Shown piece by piece: positions 8,522-16,015 of a DNA stretch of 20,000 nt. The DNA is taken from the IMG/VR virus record IMGVR_UViG_2660238005_000005. The stretch is one strand, 5' to 3'. The position numbers were made by a program, and so were the translations under genes. The notes below the pieces were generated by a model. The model made no database searches. It was not told where the DNA came from and saw only the letters and a list, made by a program, of their open reading frames with translations. The stretch comes from an uncultured virus (IMG/VR IMGVR_UViG_2660238005_000005). Taxonomy: Duplodnaviria > Heunggongvirae > Uroviricota > Caudoviricetes. Every line of letters starts with the position of its first letter. Position 1 is the first letter of the stretch.

Positions 8522-8815
8522 CCAAGAGGCCGAGGGCTTCAGAATGACGTCCTTGGCCTTCTTCCACAGCGTCTCCTCACGAATGGTCGCGGCAAAATCG
8601 AAACCTTCCCAGGTTAGACGCCAGAGCTGTGCGCTTGCCGGATATCCCCTGTTCTTCGACCCCAGCGCACCTTCGGCTAGGCCCGCTTCAAGTAGCAGTT
8701 GCGCGTGGAAGCAAAAAACATCTTTGTCCATGCCATCCACTCCTGTGAGCAGGAGTACTCCGTCTTCATCCAGCGCTAGCAGTATCTGCCGTATCACATC
8801 CATATCACGCTTCAT
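8447..8815 (-). CDS. DUF2513-family protein (122 aa)
   Basis: MKRDMDVIRQILL...HAQLLLEAGL...RLTWEGFDFAATIREETLWKKAK signature; RBS AGGAG before ATG 8815. Confidence 0.85.
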   Translation of the reverse strand: MKRDMDVIRQILLALDEDGVLLLTGVDGMDKDVFCFHAQLLLEAGLAEGALGSKNRGYPASAQLWRLTWEGFDFAATIREETLWKKAKDVILKPSASWSFGLLREYLKTEMARKLPGLEQIL

Positions 8816-8867
8816 TCCACTCTCCTGCAACTATCCGCCAGCCGCGATGTAGTCTCTGCGGCGAGGC

Positions 8868-9347
8868 TTAACGCGGCATATCCTGCTTGGCGCGGTCCAG
8901 AACCTCTCGAATTCCATCGAGGTCGCTTGAGCTGATCTCGCCTTCCACGCCACAAACTTTGAATTCAACTTTTTTAGCTGCCGCCAAGATTGGGAGCATG
9001 GCTTCAGGTTTGGCCAGCTCAAAGTATTCCAGCTCGCCGGAACGTGAGTACGTCGTCTGAATTTCGGGAGCACGGCGGCCATCGATCAGCCATTGAGTGT
9101 GATTGCAAGTAGCAAACCCCGGCTGGCCATAAGTGAACAGGTAGCCGTAGTACTGCCGTGCTTCCACCTTTTCAGGAACCAAAACCGTCGTTTTGAAGGC
9201 GAACGTGTTCGCACGAGCAGGCATAGTCAGCCACTCAATCGAGCGCAAGCCATTAAATCTATCAACCTCGTCCTTCAATGCCGAAGCCTGAGCCGAACCA
9301 GCCCCTACAAGAAGTACAGCAAGCCCAAGCACTAATTTGATATCCAT
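8868..9347 (-). CDS. Secreted / periplasmic accessory protein (159 aa)
   Basis: ATG 9347 with AAGGGG RBS; Sec signal MDIKLVLGLAVLLVGAGSAQA; two Cys; visibly lower GC than flanks; 17 nt downstream of the repressor stop. Confidence 0.8.
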   Translation of the reverse strand: MDIKLVLGLAVLLVGAGSAQASALKDEVDRFNGLRSIEWLTMPARANTFAFKTTVLVPEKVEARQYYGYLFTYGQPGFATCNHTQWLIDGRRAPEIQTTYSRSGELEYFELAKPEAMLPILAAAKKVEFKVCGVEGEISSSDLDGIREVLDRAKQDMPR

Positions 9348-9364
9348 TCGTTTCCCCTTATTCA

Positions 9365-9709
9365 TCATCCTGCTTTCTTACCAGTGCGACGCGCGAACGC
9401 ATCGCTCGTCGCCTTGAGTGCGGCCTGAGCGTCGGGCGGGCTATGCCGGTAGTTGTCCAGCAGGATGCGTTCGTCGGGGGCTAGTGGCGCCGATTGGACC
9501 TGCCGCATCCCTGTCAAGATGAAAACCAGATCAAGGCCTTTTCGGGCTAAGGCTTCGAAAACAGCAGCGCCCGGCGCCGCCACACCTCGCTCGTACTTGC
9601 TCCACATTTCCCGCCGTACACCAGCCTCATCCGCCATCTGCTGCTGTGTCAGCCCTGCGTTCTCACGTTCTTCACGCAGCCGCTCACCAGAATGCGCATC
9701 AAAAGACAC
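9365..9709 (-). CDS. Phage immunity repressor, XRE-type HTH (114 aa)
   Basis: GERLREERENAGLTQQQMADEAGVRREMWSKYERGVAAP HTH; GTG 9709 preceded by AAGGAG; divergent from the ner-like gene; no S24 peptidase domain. Confidence 0.9.
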   Translation of the reverse strand: MSFDAHSGERLREERENAGLTQQQMADEAGVRREMWSKYERGVAAPGAAVFEALARKGLDLVFILTGMRQVQSAPLAPDERILLDNYRHSPPDAQAALKATSDAFARRTGKKAG

Positions 9710-9745
9710 ATTCTCTCCTTGAATATGTGCATCAAAGTGCACATA
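9692..9745. promoter_or_regulatory. Two repressor operator candidates
   Basis: Perfect TATGTGCA-TCAAAG-TGCACATA (9724-9745) and degenerate ATGCGCA-TCAAAA-GACACAT (9692-9711); extra half-site TGCACAT at 9766-9772. Confidence 0.8.
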
Positions 9746-9747
9746 CT
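9719..9747 (+). promoter_or_regulatory. Early sigma70 promoter candidate (Pe)
   Basis: TTGAAT (9719-9724), 17-bp spacer, CATACT (9742-9747); the perfect operator spans the spacer. Confidence 0.7.
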
Positions 9748-9815
9748 TCATTCACACCAAAGCACTGCACATGCATTGGTTTATTAGCAATCTTTCAGCA
9801 GATAGGAACCCCGTC

Positions 9816-10046
9816 ATGAACGTCCCGTATCCGCTCCCCACTCGCACGCCGTACACCGGCGAGCGCGTCAAGGAACTCTTCCGCGCCGCCGGTATAACGA
9901 TCTCGGCCTGGGCCGAGGCCAACGGCTATCCCCGTCACCAGGTGTACATGGTCATCAACGGCCAGTTCAAAGGCCGCCGCGGCACCTCCCATGAAATCGC
10001 CCTGAAGCTCGGCATGAAGCTCTCCGTCGAGCAGCTCGCCGCCTGA
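9816..10046 (+). CDS. Ner/Cro-like DNA-binding protein (BcepMu gp16 family)
   Basis: ATG 9816 (AGGAA RBS); VKELFRAAGITISAWAEANGY...GRRGTSHEIALKLGMK; first early gene. Confidence 0.88.
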   Translation: MNVPYPLPTRTPYTGERVKELFRAAGITISAWAEANGYPRHQVYMVINGQFKGRRGTSHEIALKLGMKLSVEQLAA

Positions 10047-10059
10047 GAGGAGTACAGCC

Positions 10060-10551
10060 ATGCCTCGCTTTCAGCCGCCGGTCGAGCACATCGACCTGAC
10101 TCCCGCTCCGATGGACACCTGGCGCGCCGCGCTCGATGCTCTGATCGCCTGCGCCCCTGGTGATACTTCGGACATCGCCTGGCACCTGGCCGATGCTCAC
10201 CAGAGCAGCCTCCTGTTGGTGGACCGGACCGTAGCATCGCCAGGCGCCGAGCGCCTGATCGATCGCCTGATGCTCATCAGCGCAGGTCGGCTGCTCAACC
10301 ATCGCATGGGCCGCGAAGAGGCCCATCAGATCAGCTTCCGCCTGCTTGAGCACGCTCGGCGACATACCGCAGCACACCAGCCAGATCCCGATGCGGCATC
10401 TGCCATGTCTCGCCCGACTGCGCGTCAGCCAGCGTCTCCAGATCACAGGCAAGACCTTGCAGGTCAAGGCCGTGATCAATCGCCAGACGGCGGGCCAGAG
10501 CAACAAACGCCGAGCGCATCGACGCATCAAGAACCAGGTGATCGGGGGTAG
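10060..10551 (+). CDS. Hypothetical early protein (163 aa) with helical N-terminal part and low-complexity tail
   Basis: GAGGAG RBS directly after the ner-like stop; operon continuity. Confidence 0.75.
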   Translation: MPRFQPPVEHIDLTPAPMDTWRAALDALIACAPGDTSDIAWHLADAHQSSLLLVDRTVASPGAERLIDRLMLISAGRLLNHRMGREEAHQISFRLLEHARRHTAAHQPDPDAASAMSRPTARQPASPDHRQDLAGQGRDQSPDGGPEQQTPSASTHQEPGDRG

Positions 10552-10555
10552 TCAT
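10331..10555 (-). CDS. Small antisense accessory protein (74 aa)
   Basis: GGAGAG RBS before ATG 10555; amphipathic helical sequence; overlaps the low-complexity tail of the plus-strand gene. Confidence 0.65.
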   Translation of the reverse strand: MTTPDHLVLDASMRSAFVALARRLAIDHGLDLQGLACDLETLADAQSGETWQMPHRDLAGVLRYVAERAQAGGS

Positions 10556-10678
10556 GTCTGTCTCTCCGACGGGGATGAATGTACCCCATCAGGCTGACGT
10601 TGTCGCAATAGCTTTGCCAATGGTGAAAACAGCTATTTGTTTGGACGACGACTACCGGGGCTTCTGGAGTGCCATCCA

Positions 10679-11167
10679 ATGAAGCGCCGGAATTGGAAGC
10701 ACTGGGTGCCGCGCTCGCCAGCCGACGCGCTGGACGGCTGTGCGCAGTTGGCCATGCAGCGCTACAACCGAGGCATCGAACGCCTGGCCTGTGATCACCT
10801 GGGCCAGAACAACCACAGCTCTCTCTATAAGTGGATCGGCAACGGACGCCTGCCACTGAGCCTGATCCTTCCGCTGGAGCACGCCTGCGGCCTGCCGCTG
10901 ATCACCCGTTACCTGGCCGCCGCTCACGGCAAGCTCCTGGTCGACATCCCGGTTGGCAAGGCCTGCAACGCCAGCGACCTGCAGCAGCTGCAGGGCGTGC
11001 TGCACAACGCCACCGGCGCGCTGATGGCCTTCTACGACGGCAAACAAACCGCCGAACAGACCCTGGACGCCATCCGCGCCGGCCTCGAATCCCTCGCTTG
11101 GCACCACGGCAACGTCGCCCAGGCAGAAACCCCTCAACTGGACTTTGGAGTGGCTGACGATGAGTGA
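10679..11167 (+). CDS. Phage regulatory protein, HTH / CII-like (162 aa)
   Basis: ATG 10679 with GGAG RBS; IERLA...SLYKWIGNGRLP...LEHACG pattern. Confidence 0.7.
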   Translation: MKRRNWKHWVPRSPADALDGCAQLAMQRYNRGIERLACDHLGQNNHSSLYKWIGNGRLPLSLILPLEHACGLPLITRYLAAAHGKLLVDIPVGKACNASDLQQLQGVLHNATGALMAFYDGKQTAEQTLDAIRAGLESLAWHHGNVAQAETPQLDFGVADDE

Positions 11168-11420
11168 GTCCATCAACCTGCAGGCGCTGCTGCAGCGCCT
11201 GGACGAGCAAGCCTATGAGCAGCTCTGCATCGAAGCTGCGCGCCTTGCCGAAGAGAACGAGCACCTGCGCACCGAGCTGGCCCGCATGGAGGAATGTGCC
11301 GAAGGGTGGTGCAACGAGGCTCAGCATCTCCACCAGCAACTGGCGGAGGCCACCGGTGGCCAAGCCGCTATCACCCAGTCCGGCGCCTTGGTCGTCATCC
11401 CGATGGAGCGCTGCGCATGA
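11160..11420 (+). CDS. Hypothetical coiled-coil protein (86 aa)
   Basis: GGAG RBS, ATG 11160, overlap-coupled to both neighbours. Confidence 0.75.
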   Translation: MSESINLQALLQRLDEQAYEQLCIEAARLAEENEHLRTELARMEECAEGWCNEAQHLHQQLAEATGGQAAITQSGALVVIPMERCA

Positions 11421-11731
11421 GTACCGAGAAATACCGCTCCGAGCAGGTCCAGCGAACCCTGCGGGTCATGCTGGCCCTCGCCGCCAACGAATTCCGGGGG
11501 CTGCTGCTGAAGGAGGTGGCGGTCGCCGCCGAGTGCGACGCCAGCGCCGCCCTGCGCGCCCTGGAAAACCTGCGCATCGCCGGTCTGGCTGACCGCAGCC
11601 CGCATGACGACAAGCGCTGGCTGCTCGGACCGCGCCTGGTCCAGGTGGCCTTTGGCTTCGACGAAGCCCTGCGCCGCAGCCAGGACGAACTCAACGAGCG
11701 TCGCCAACGCTACACCCGTCTCCCGAACTAA
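11417..11731 (+). CDS. IclR-like winged HTH protein (104 aa)
   Basis: ATGA coupling; VQRTLRVMLALA...GLLLKEVAVA...ALRALENLRIAGLA...WLLGPRL. Confidence 0.8.
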   Translation: MSTEKYRSEQVQRTLRVMLALAANEFRGLLLKEVAVAAECDASAALRALENLRIAGLADRSPHDDKRWLLGPRLVQVAFGFDEALRRSQDELNERRQRYTRLPN

Positions 11732-11740
11732 GGAAATCCC

Positions 11741-12718
11741 ATGGCCCGTAAAGCATCCCCCGTGAAAGTGGAACCCATACCTGAAGTCAACCAGCAGGCG
11801 TACCAGGCTGAGGCAGGCGCGCTGACCATGCTGGGCGACATTGCCCAGGGCATGCATGAGGAGCGCGACCTGGTCAACCAACTGCTCGGCCAAGCGCAGA
11901 TGGCAGAGGCATTCACCCAATTTTCCCTGACCGTCAGGACTTCTAAGCTCGCCTATGTGAAAGAAACCAAGCTGTACAGGGCGCTCAAGGGCAAGAAAAG
12001 TCCTGACGGTCAGGACTTTTTGTCTGGCACCTGGGAGGAGTTCTGCCTCCTACTAGGTCGCTCAGTAGCGCAAGTGGATGAGGATATCGCCAACCTCCGC
12101 GCGCTCGGCGAAGAAGCCCTGGAATCCATGTCCCGCATGGGCATCGGCTACCGCGAGCTGCGCCAGTGGCGAAAGCTGCCCGATGATGCCCGTAGCGCCC
12201 TGATCGAAGCGGCTAAGCAGGGCAACAAGGACGCCGTCGAGTACCTGGCCGAGGAGCTGATCGCCACCCACACCAAGGAAAAGGCTGCCCTGGAGAAGCA
12301 GGTCGAGGACCTGCGGGCGGACAACGAAGCCCTGGGCGAGCGCATGGCGCGCAAGTCCCGCGAGCTGGACGAAACCGTCCACGAACTGGAAAAGACCAAG
12401 CGGCGCATCCAAACCATGAAGGCGGATGAGGCCGAGAAAGAGCTTCGCCAGGAAGCAACGGCGATCGCCTTCGAGGCCGAGGCCGACATCAGCGGCAAGC
12501 TGCGCGAAGCCTTCTCCGTCATGCTCGACCACGCCGAAAAGACCGGTACCGACCCCCGCACCTTCCAGGCTGGTCTGGTGCGCCACCTCGAAAAACTGCT
12601 CCTGCAGATTCGCGAAGAGTTCCAGTTGCCCGACGGCGAAGCCCCCGATGACATCAGCGAATTCGGCTGGATCGAGCAAATGGGCAAGTCCCAGCCTGCA
12701 GGCGCGGCTGAGGACTGA
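11741..12718 (+). CDS. DUF3102-like HTH plus coiled-coil protein (325 aa)
   Basis: AAGGA RBS; GTWEEFCLLLGRSVAQVDEDIANL HTH-like segment; long coiled coil; 3 nt upstream of the transposase. Confidence 0.75.
   Translation: MARKASPVKVEPIPEVNQQAYQAEAGALTMLGDIAQGMHEERDLVNQLLGQAQMAEAFTQFSLTVRTSKLAYVKETKLYRALKGKKSPDGQDFLSGTWEEFCLLLGRSVAQVDEDIANLRALGEEALESMSRMGIGYRELRQWRKLPDDARSALIEAAKQGNKDAVEYLAEELIATHTKEKAALEKQVEDLRADNEALGERMARKSRELDETVHELEKTKRRIQTMKADEAEKELRQEATAIAFEAEADISGKLREAFSVMLDHAEKTGTDPRTFQAGLVRHLEKLLLQIREEFQLPDGEAPDDISEFGWIEQMGKSQPAGAAED
11926..12020. repeat. Two related intragenic palindromes that also form a 17-bp inverted repeat
   Basis: CCTGAC-C-GTCAGG-ACTT (11926-11942) and perfect AAAAGTCCTGAC-G-GTCAGGACTTTT (11996-12020); 11926-11942 is the exact reverse complement of 11998-12014. 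Confidence 0.95.
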
Positions 12719-12721
12719 GCC

Positions 12722-14506
12722 ATGAGCGCCGTCATTACTCAAGCCCTAGTCGATCTGGAGCGCGCCCTTCGCGCCGCCCCACGCGGGCAGCGCGTAGAGA
12801 TTGCCCAGTCGACGGCCCAGCGGCTCGACATGTCACTCGCCACGCTTTACCGCAAGCTGAGGGAGGTCACCGCAGACAGCAAGCCCCGCAAACGCCGGAG
12901 TGACGCCGGCACCAGTGCCCTGAGCCGGGAAGATGCCCTGACCATCAGTAGCGCGCTGATGGAGAGTGCGCGCCGCAACGAAAAGCGTCTGTATAGCCTG
13001 GAGGATGCGGTGGAAGCGCTACGGGCCAGTAAGATGATCCGGGCGGACGTCATTGACGAGGACACGGGCGAGATTCGGCCGCTGTCCATCAGCGCGATAT
13101 CCAGGGCTCTCTACAGCTTCGGGGTTCATCCCCAGCAATTGCTGCAGCCTGCTCCGGTAACGGAGCTGGGCAGTTGCCACCCCAACCACGTTTGGCAGAT
13201 CGATGCCTCGCTGTGTGTTCTTTATTACCTCAAGCCCGGCACCGACGAGCACGGTAACGGCCTGCGCGTCATGGAGCATGACCGGTTCTACAAGAACAAG
13301 CCGAAGAACGTGGCCCGCATCGCCTCCAACCGGGTCTGGTCGTACGAGATCACCGAGCACGCCAGTGGCTGGATTTACCTGAAGTACGTCATGGGGGCCG
13401 AGAGCGGCGAGAACCTGTGTGATGTGCTGATCGACGCCATGCAGGAGCGCGGTGGCAACGACATTCTGCACGGCGTGCCGAAGATTCTGATGATGGACCC
13501 AGGTTCTGCCAACACCTCGGCCATGGCCAGGAACCTTTGCCGTGCGCTGCGCATCCGCGTCATCGTTCACAAGCCCGGTGCCGCGCGGGTGACTGGCCAG
13601 GTGGAGAACGCCCGGAACCTCATCGAGCGCAAGTTCGAAGCGGGACTGCGCTTCCAGCCTGTCGCCGATCTGGACGAACTGAACGCTGCCGCCAAGACCT
13701 GGCGCGCGTGGTTCAACGCCGCGAAGAAGCACTCCCGCCATGGGATGACCCGCTCGGAGGCCTGGATGCGCATCCGTGAGCACCAGTTGGTGAAAGCGCC
13801 CAGCGTCGAAGTATGCCGCCAGTTGGCAATCGCCGAGCCGGAGAGCCGCAAGGTCACCAGCAAGCTGCGCGTCAGCTTCCAGGGAACTGAATACGACGTC
13901 TCGGTCGTACCTGGCGTGATGATCGGCGAGAAGCTGATGATCACCCGCAACCCCTGGCAAAGCGATGCCGCCCAGGCGATCACTTTCGACCAGGACGGCC
14001 ATGAAGTCTTCCACGTCATTCCGAGGATCGAGGAAGACGAGTTCGGCTTCGACGTGCGCGCACCCATGATTGGCGAGGATTTCCGGCAGCATGCGGAGAC
14101 GCCTGCGCAGAAAGCCCGCAAGGAAGCGGCCCGGCTGGCCATGGGCGTCGATACCGATGCCGAAGAGCAGGCCGCACGCAAGGCCAAGGCCATTCCGTTC
14201 GGCGGGAGGCTCAAGCCCTACCAGCATATCGAAGACGCTCAGTTGCCGACCTTCATGCCACGCAAGGGCAGCGAGCTGCAGCTCGACGTGACACTGCCCA
14301 CCGTCGAGAGCAAGCCACTGAGTCACCCGGCAGCCGCCAAGATCCTCCGGGCACGCCTGGATGGCGTCTGGAGTCCCGAGTCGATGCTCTGGCTCAAGTC
14401 CAACTACCCCGACGGGGTGCTGGAGGACCAGCTCGACAGCATCGTCGAGCAGTTGCAGGCGGCGCCCAGCCGGCCCGCGCTGCGCGTTGTGGGAGGTAAC
14501 TCGTAA
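12722..14506 (+). CDS. DDE transposase (transposase A, B3/BcepMu type)
   Basis: 594 aa; N-terminal HTH (LDMSLATLYRKL), RKRRSDAG, WQIDAS, LMMDPGS and GQVENARN catalytic motifs. Confidence 0.95.
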   Translation: MSAVITQALVDLERALRAAPRGQRVEIAQSTAQRLDMSLATLYRKLREVTADSKPRKRRSDAGTSALSREDALTISSALMESARRNEKRLYSLEDAVEALRASKMIRADVIDEDTGEIRPLSISAISRALYSFGVHPQQLLQPAPVTELGSCHPNHVWQIDASLCVLYYLKPGTDEHGNGLRVMEHDRFYKNKPKNVARIASNRVWSYEITEHASGWIYLKYVMGAESGENLCDVLIDAMQERGGNDILHGVPKILMMDPGSANTSAMARNLCRALRIRVIVHKPGAARVTGQVENARNLIERKFEAGLRFQPVADLDELNAAAKTWRAWFNAAKKHSRHGMTRSEAWMRIREHQLVKAPSVEVCRQLAIAEPESRKVTSKLRVSFQGTEYDVSVVPGVMIGEKLMITRNPWQSDAAQAITFDQDGHEVFHVIPRIEEDEFGFDVRAPMIGEDFRQHAETPAQKARKEAARLAMGVDTDAEEQAARKAKAIPFGGRLKPYQHIEDAQLPTFMPRKGSELQLDVTLPTVESKPLSHPAAAKILRARLDGVWSPESMLWLKSNYPDGVLEDQLDSIVEQLQAAPSRPALRVVGGNS

Positions 14507-15672
14507 TGCTGAAGCTCAAGGAAGTCCTGGCCAGCCTCGGCAAGCCGCAGACCGATCTGGCCCGTGCGGTCGATCTCAGTCCGGCGACGATCGCTCAACT
14601 GATCAACCACAGCCAGTGGCCGAAATCGCTGGACCAGCAGCAACTGGCCTGGCGGATCACCGAATACCTGATGGCTCAGGGCGCGCAGTTCGACACCGTG
14701 CGCCAGGCCTTCGACGAAGTGGGGCCCCGGCGCGCCAACGCCGGGGCCCCTGCAACCCCCGAAGACGCTCAAGAAAACGAGGAGTGCGAACCCATGCTAA
14801 TGCGCAAACAGGTATTGCTGCCAGCCACGAAGAAGGCTTTCGACATCCGCCGAGATCCCTTCGACGAGTTGCAGAGTGCTGACGACATCTTCATCAACGC
14901 TGATATCCGCTATGTCCGCGAGGCGATGCACCAGGTCGCCATGCACGATGGTTTTCTGGCGGTGATCGGGGAGTCCGGGGCGGGCAAGTCCACCTTGCGC
15001 CGAGATCTGGAGCATCGACTGGAAGGCACCCCAGTGACGGTCATTCAGCCATACGTGCTGGGGATGGAAGACAACGACACCAAGGGCAAGCCCCTCAAGA
15101 GCGAGCATATCGCCGAGGCCATCCTGGCGGAGATCGCGCCAGACCAAACGCCGCGGAACAGCTCGCAGGCCCGCTGGGCGCAACTGCACAAGGCTCTGAA
15201 GGCCAGCCACACCGCAGGCTCGCGCCACCTGCTGATCATCGAGGAGGCACACAGCCTATCGACCCCGACGATCAAGCACCTCAAGCGCTACCGCGAACTC
15301 GAACTGGGCTACACGAAGCTGGTGTCGATCATCCTGATCGGTCAGCCCGAACTGCTCATCAAGTTGTCGCCGCGCAACGGCGAAGTCCGAGAGGTGGCCC
15401 AGCGCATCGAGATCGTCGAGTTGCCGCCGCTCACGGTCGGCGGACTGGAACAGCACCTGGCGTTTCGTTTCGAGCGGGTTGGCAAGGCACTGAGCGATGT
15501 GATCGATGCATCCGGCCTGCAGGCCATCATCGAGAGGCTGGGGGGCGTCAAGGAAAACAAGCCCAGCCTGCTCTATCCGCTGGCCATCGGCAACCTGGTG
15601 AAGGCCGCTATGAACTATGCCGCGCTCGTCGGCGAGCCGCGCGTCACTGCTGACGTGGTTCGGGAGGCCTGA
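14506..15672 (+). CDS. Transposition AAA+ ATPase (MuB-equivalent, ExeA-like) with N-terminal HTH
   Basis: GESGAGKS Walker A, LLIIEEAH Walker B, LIGQPEL sensor, QR finger; N-terminal QTDLARAVDLSPATIAQLIN HTH; TAATG coupling to the transposase. Confidence 0.93.
   Translation: MLKLKEVLASLGKPQTDLARAVDLSPATIAQLINHSQWPKSLDQQQLAWRITEYLMAQGAQFDTVRQAFDEVGPRRANAGAPATPEDAQENEECEPMLMRKQVLLPATKKAFDIRRDPFDELQSADDIFINADIRYVREAMHQVAMHDGFLAVIGESGAGKSTLRRDLEHRLEGTPVTVIQPYVLGMEDNDTKGKPLKSEHIAEAILAEIAPDQTPRNSSQARWAQLHKALKASHTAGSRHLLIIEEAHSLSTPTIKHLKRYRELELGYTKLVSIILIGQPELLIKLSPRNGEVREVAQRIEIVELPPLTVGGLEQHLAFRFERVGKALSDVIDASGLQAIIERLGGVKENKPSLLYPLAIGNLVKAAMNYAALVGEPRVTADVVREA
14721..14750 (+). repeat. Perfect 12-bp GC hairpin in the ATPase interdomain linker
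   Basis: GGGGCCCCGGCG-CGCCAA-CGCCGGGGCCCC. Confidence 0.9.
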
Positions 15673-15673
15673 C

Positions 15674-16015
15674 ATGAACGTCGTACCGATCACTGGCCGC
15701 CTCCCTGAAGAGCAGCCGAAAGCTACCCATCTGCCGCTCTGCACAGTACTGACGCCAGAGCTGGCCCGCTGCCTGGAAGCAGTCAACAGCGCCACCCGCA
15801 CCTTGCGCCAGGCCGGCATTCCGATTGAGCAGACGTCGGTGCTCGATCGCCGCCTGTTCATCCGCGAAGAGGATTCGCTGCGGCTGCACCGCCGCTTCCG
15901 CAACGCCATCCGTGGCATTCGCCAGACCACTCACGGGAAGGTCACCGTCCATGTCGTCAGCCTGCTCGGTGTTGACGTGGCCTGGACGACCCCGGTGAAG
16001 GAGCAAGACCAATGA
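15674..16015 (+). CDS. Hypothetical protein (113 aa)
   Basis: GGGAGG RBS, ATG 15674, ATGA coupling downstream. Confidence 0.78.
   Translation: MNVVPITGRLPEEQPKATHLPLCTVLTPELARCLEAVNSATRTLRQAGIPIEQTSVLDRRLFIREEDSLRLHRRFRNAIRGIRQTTHGKVTVHVVSLLGVDVAWTTPVKEQDQ

Noticed and set aside
8826..8858. GC hairpin between the secreted-protein gene and DUF2513
   Set aside because: Short interrupted stem with a long loop and no U-tract; not supportable as a terminator.
9710..9751. N-terminal extension MKYVHFDAHIQGEN of the repressor ORF
   Set aside because: It runs through the operator and promoter and has no RBS; GTG 9709 has a strong AAGGAG.
7622..11731. Possible anti-CRISPR/aca, Aqs1 or Tip genes among the small accessory ORFs
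   Set aside because: None is recognisable from sequence. The acr locus of D3112-type phages lies in the head region past the MuF gene, which would be outside this window.
11926..12014. 55-bp invertible segment between the 17-bp inverted repeats
   Set aside because: Inversion would keep the frame open, but no invertase is in the window, the segment is very short, and palindromic sites give no directionality. Paired operators are the simpler reading; read-level data could still test it.
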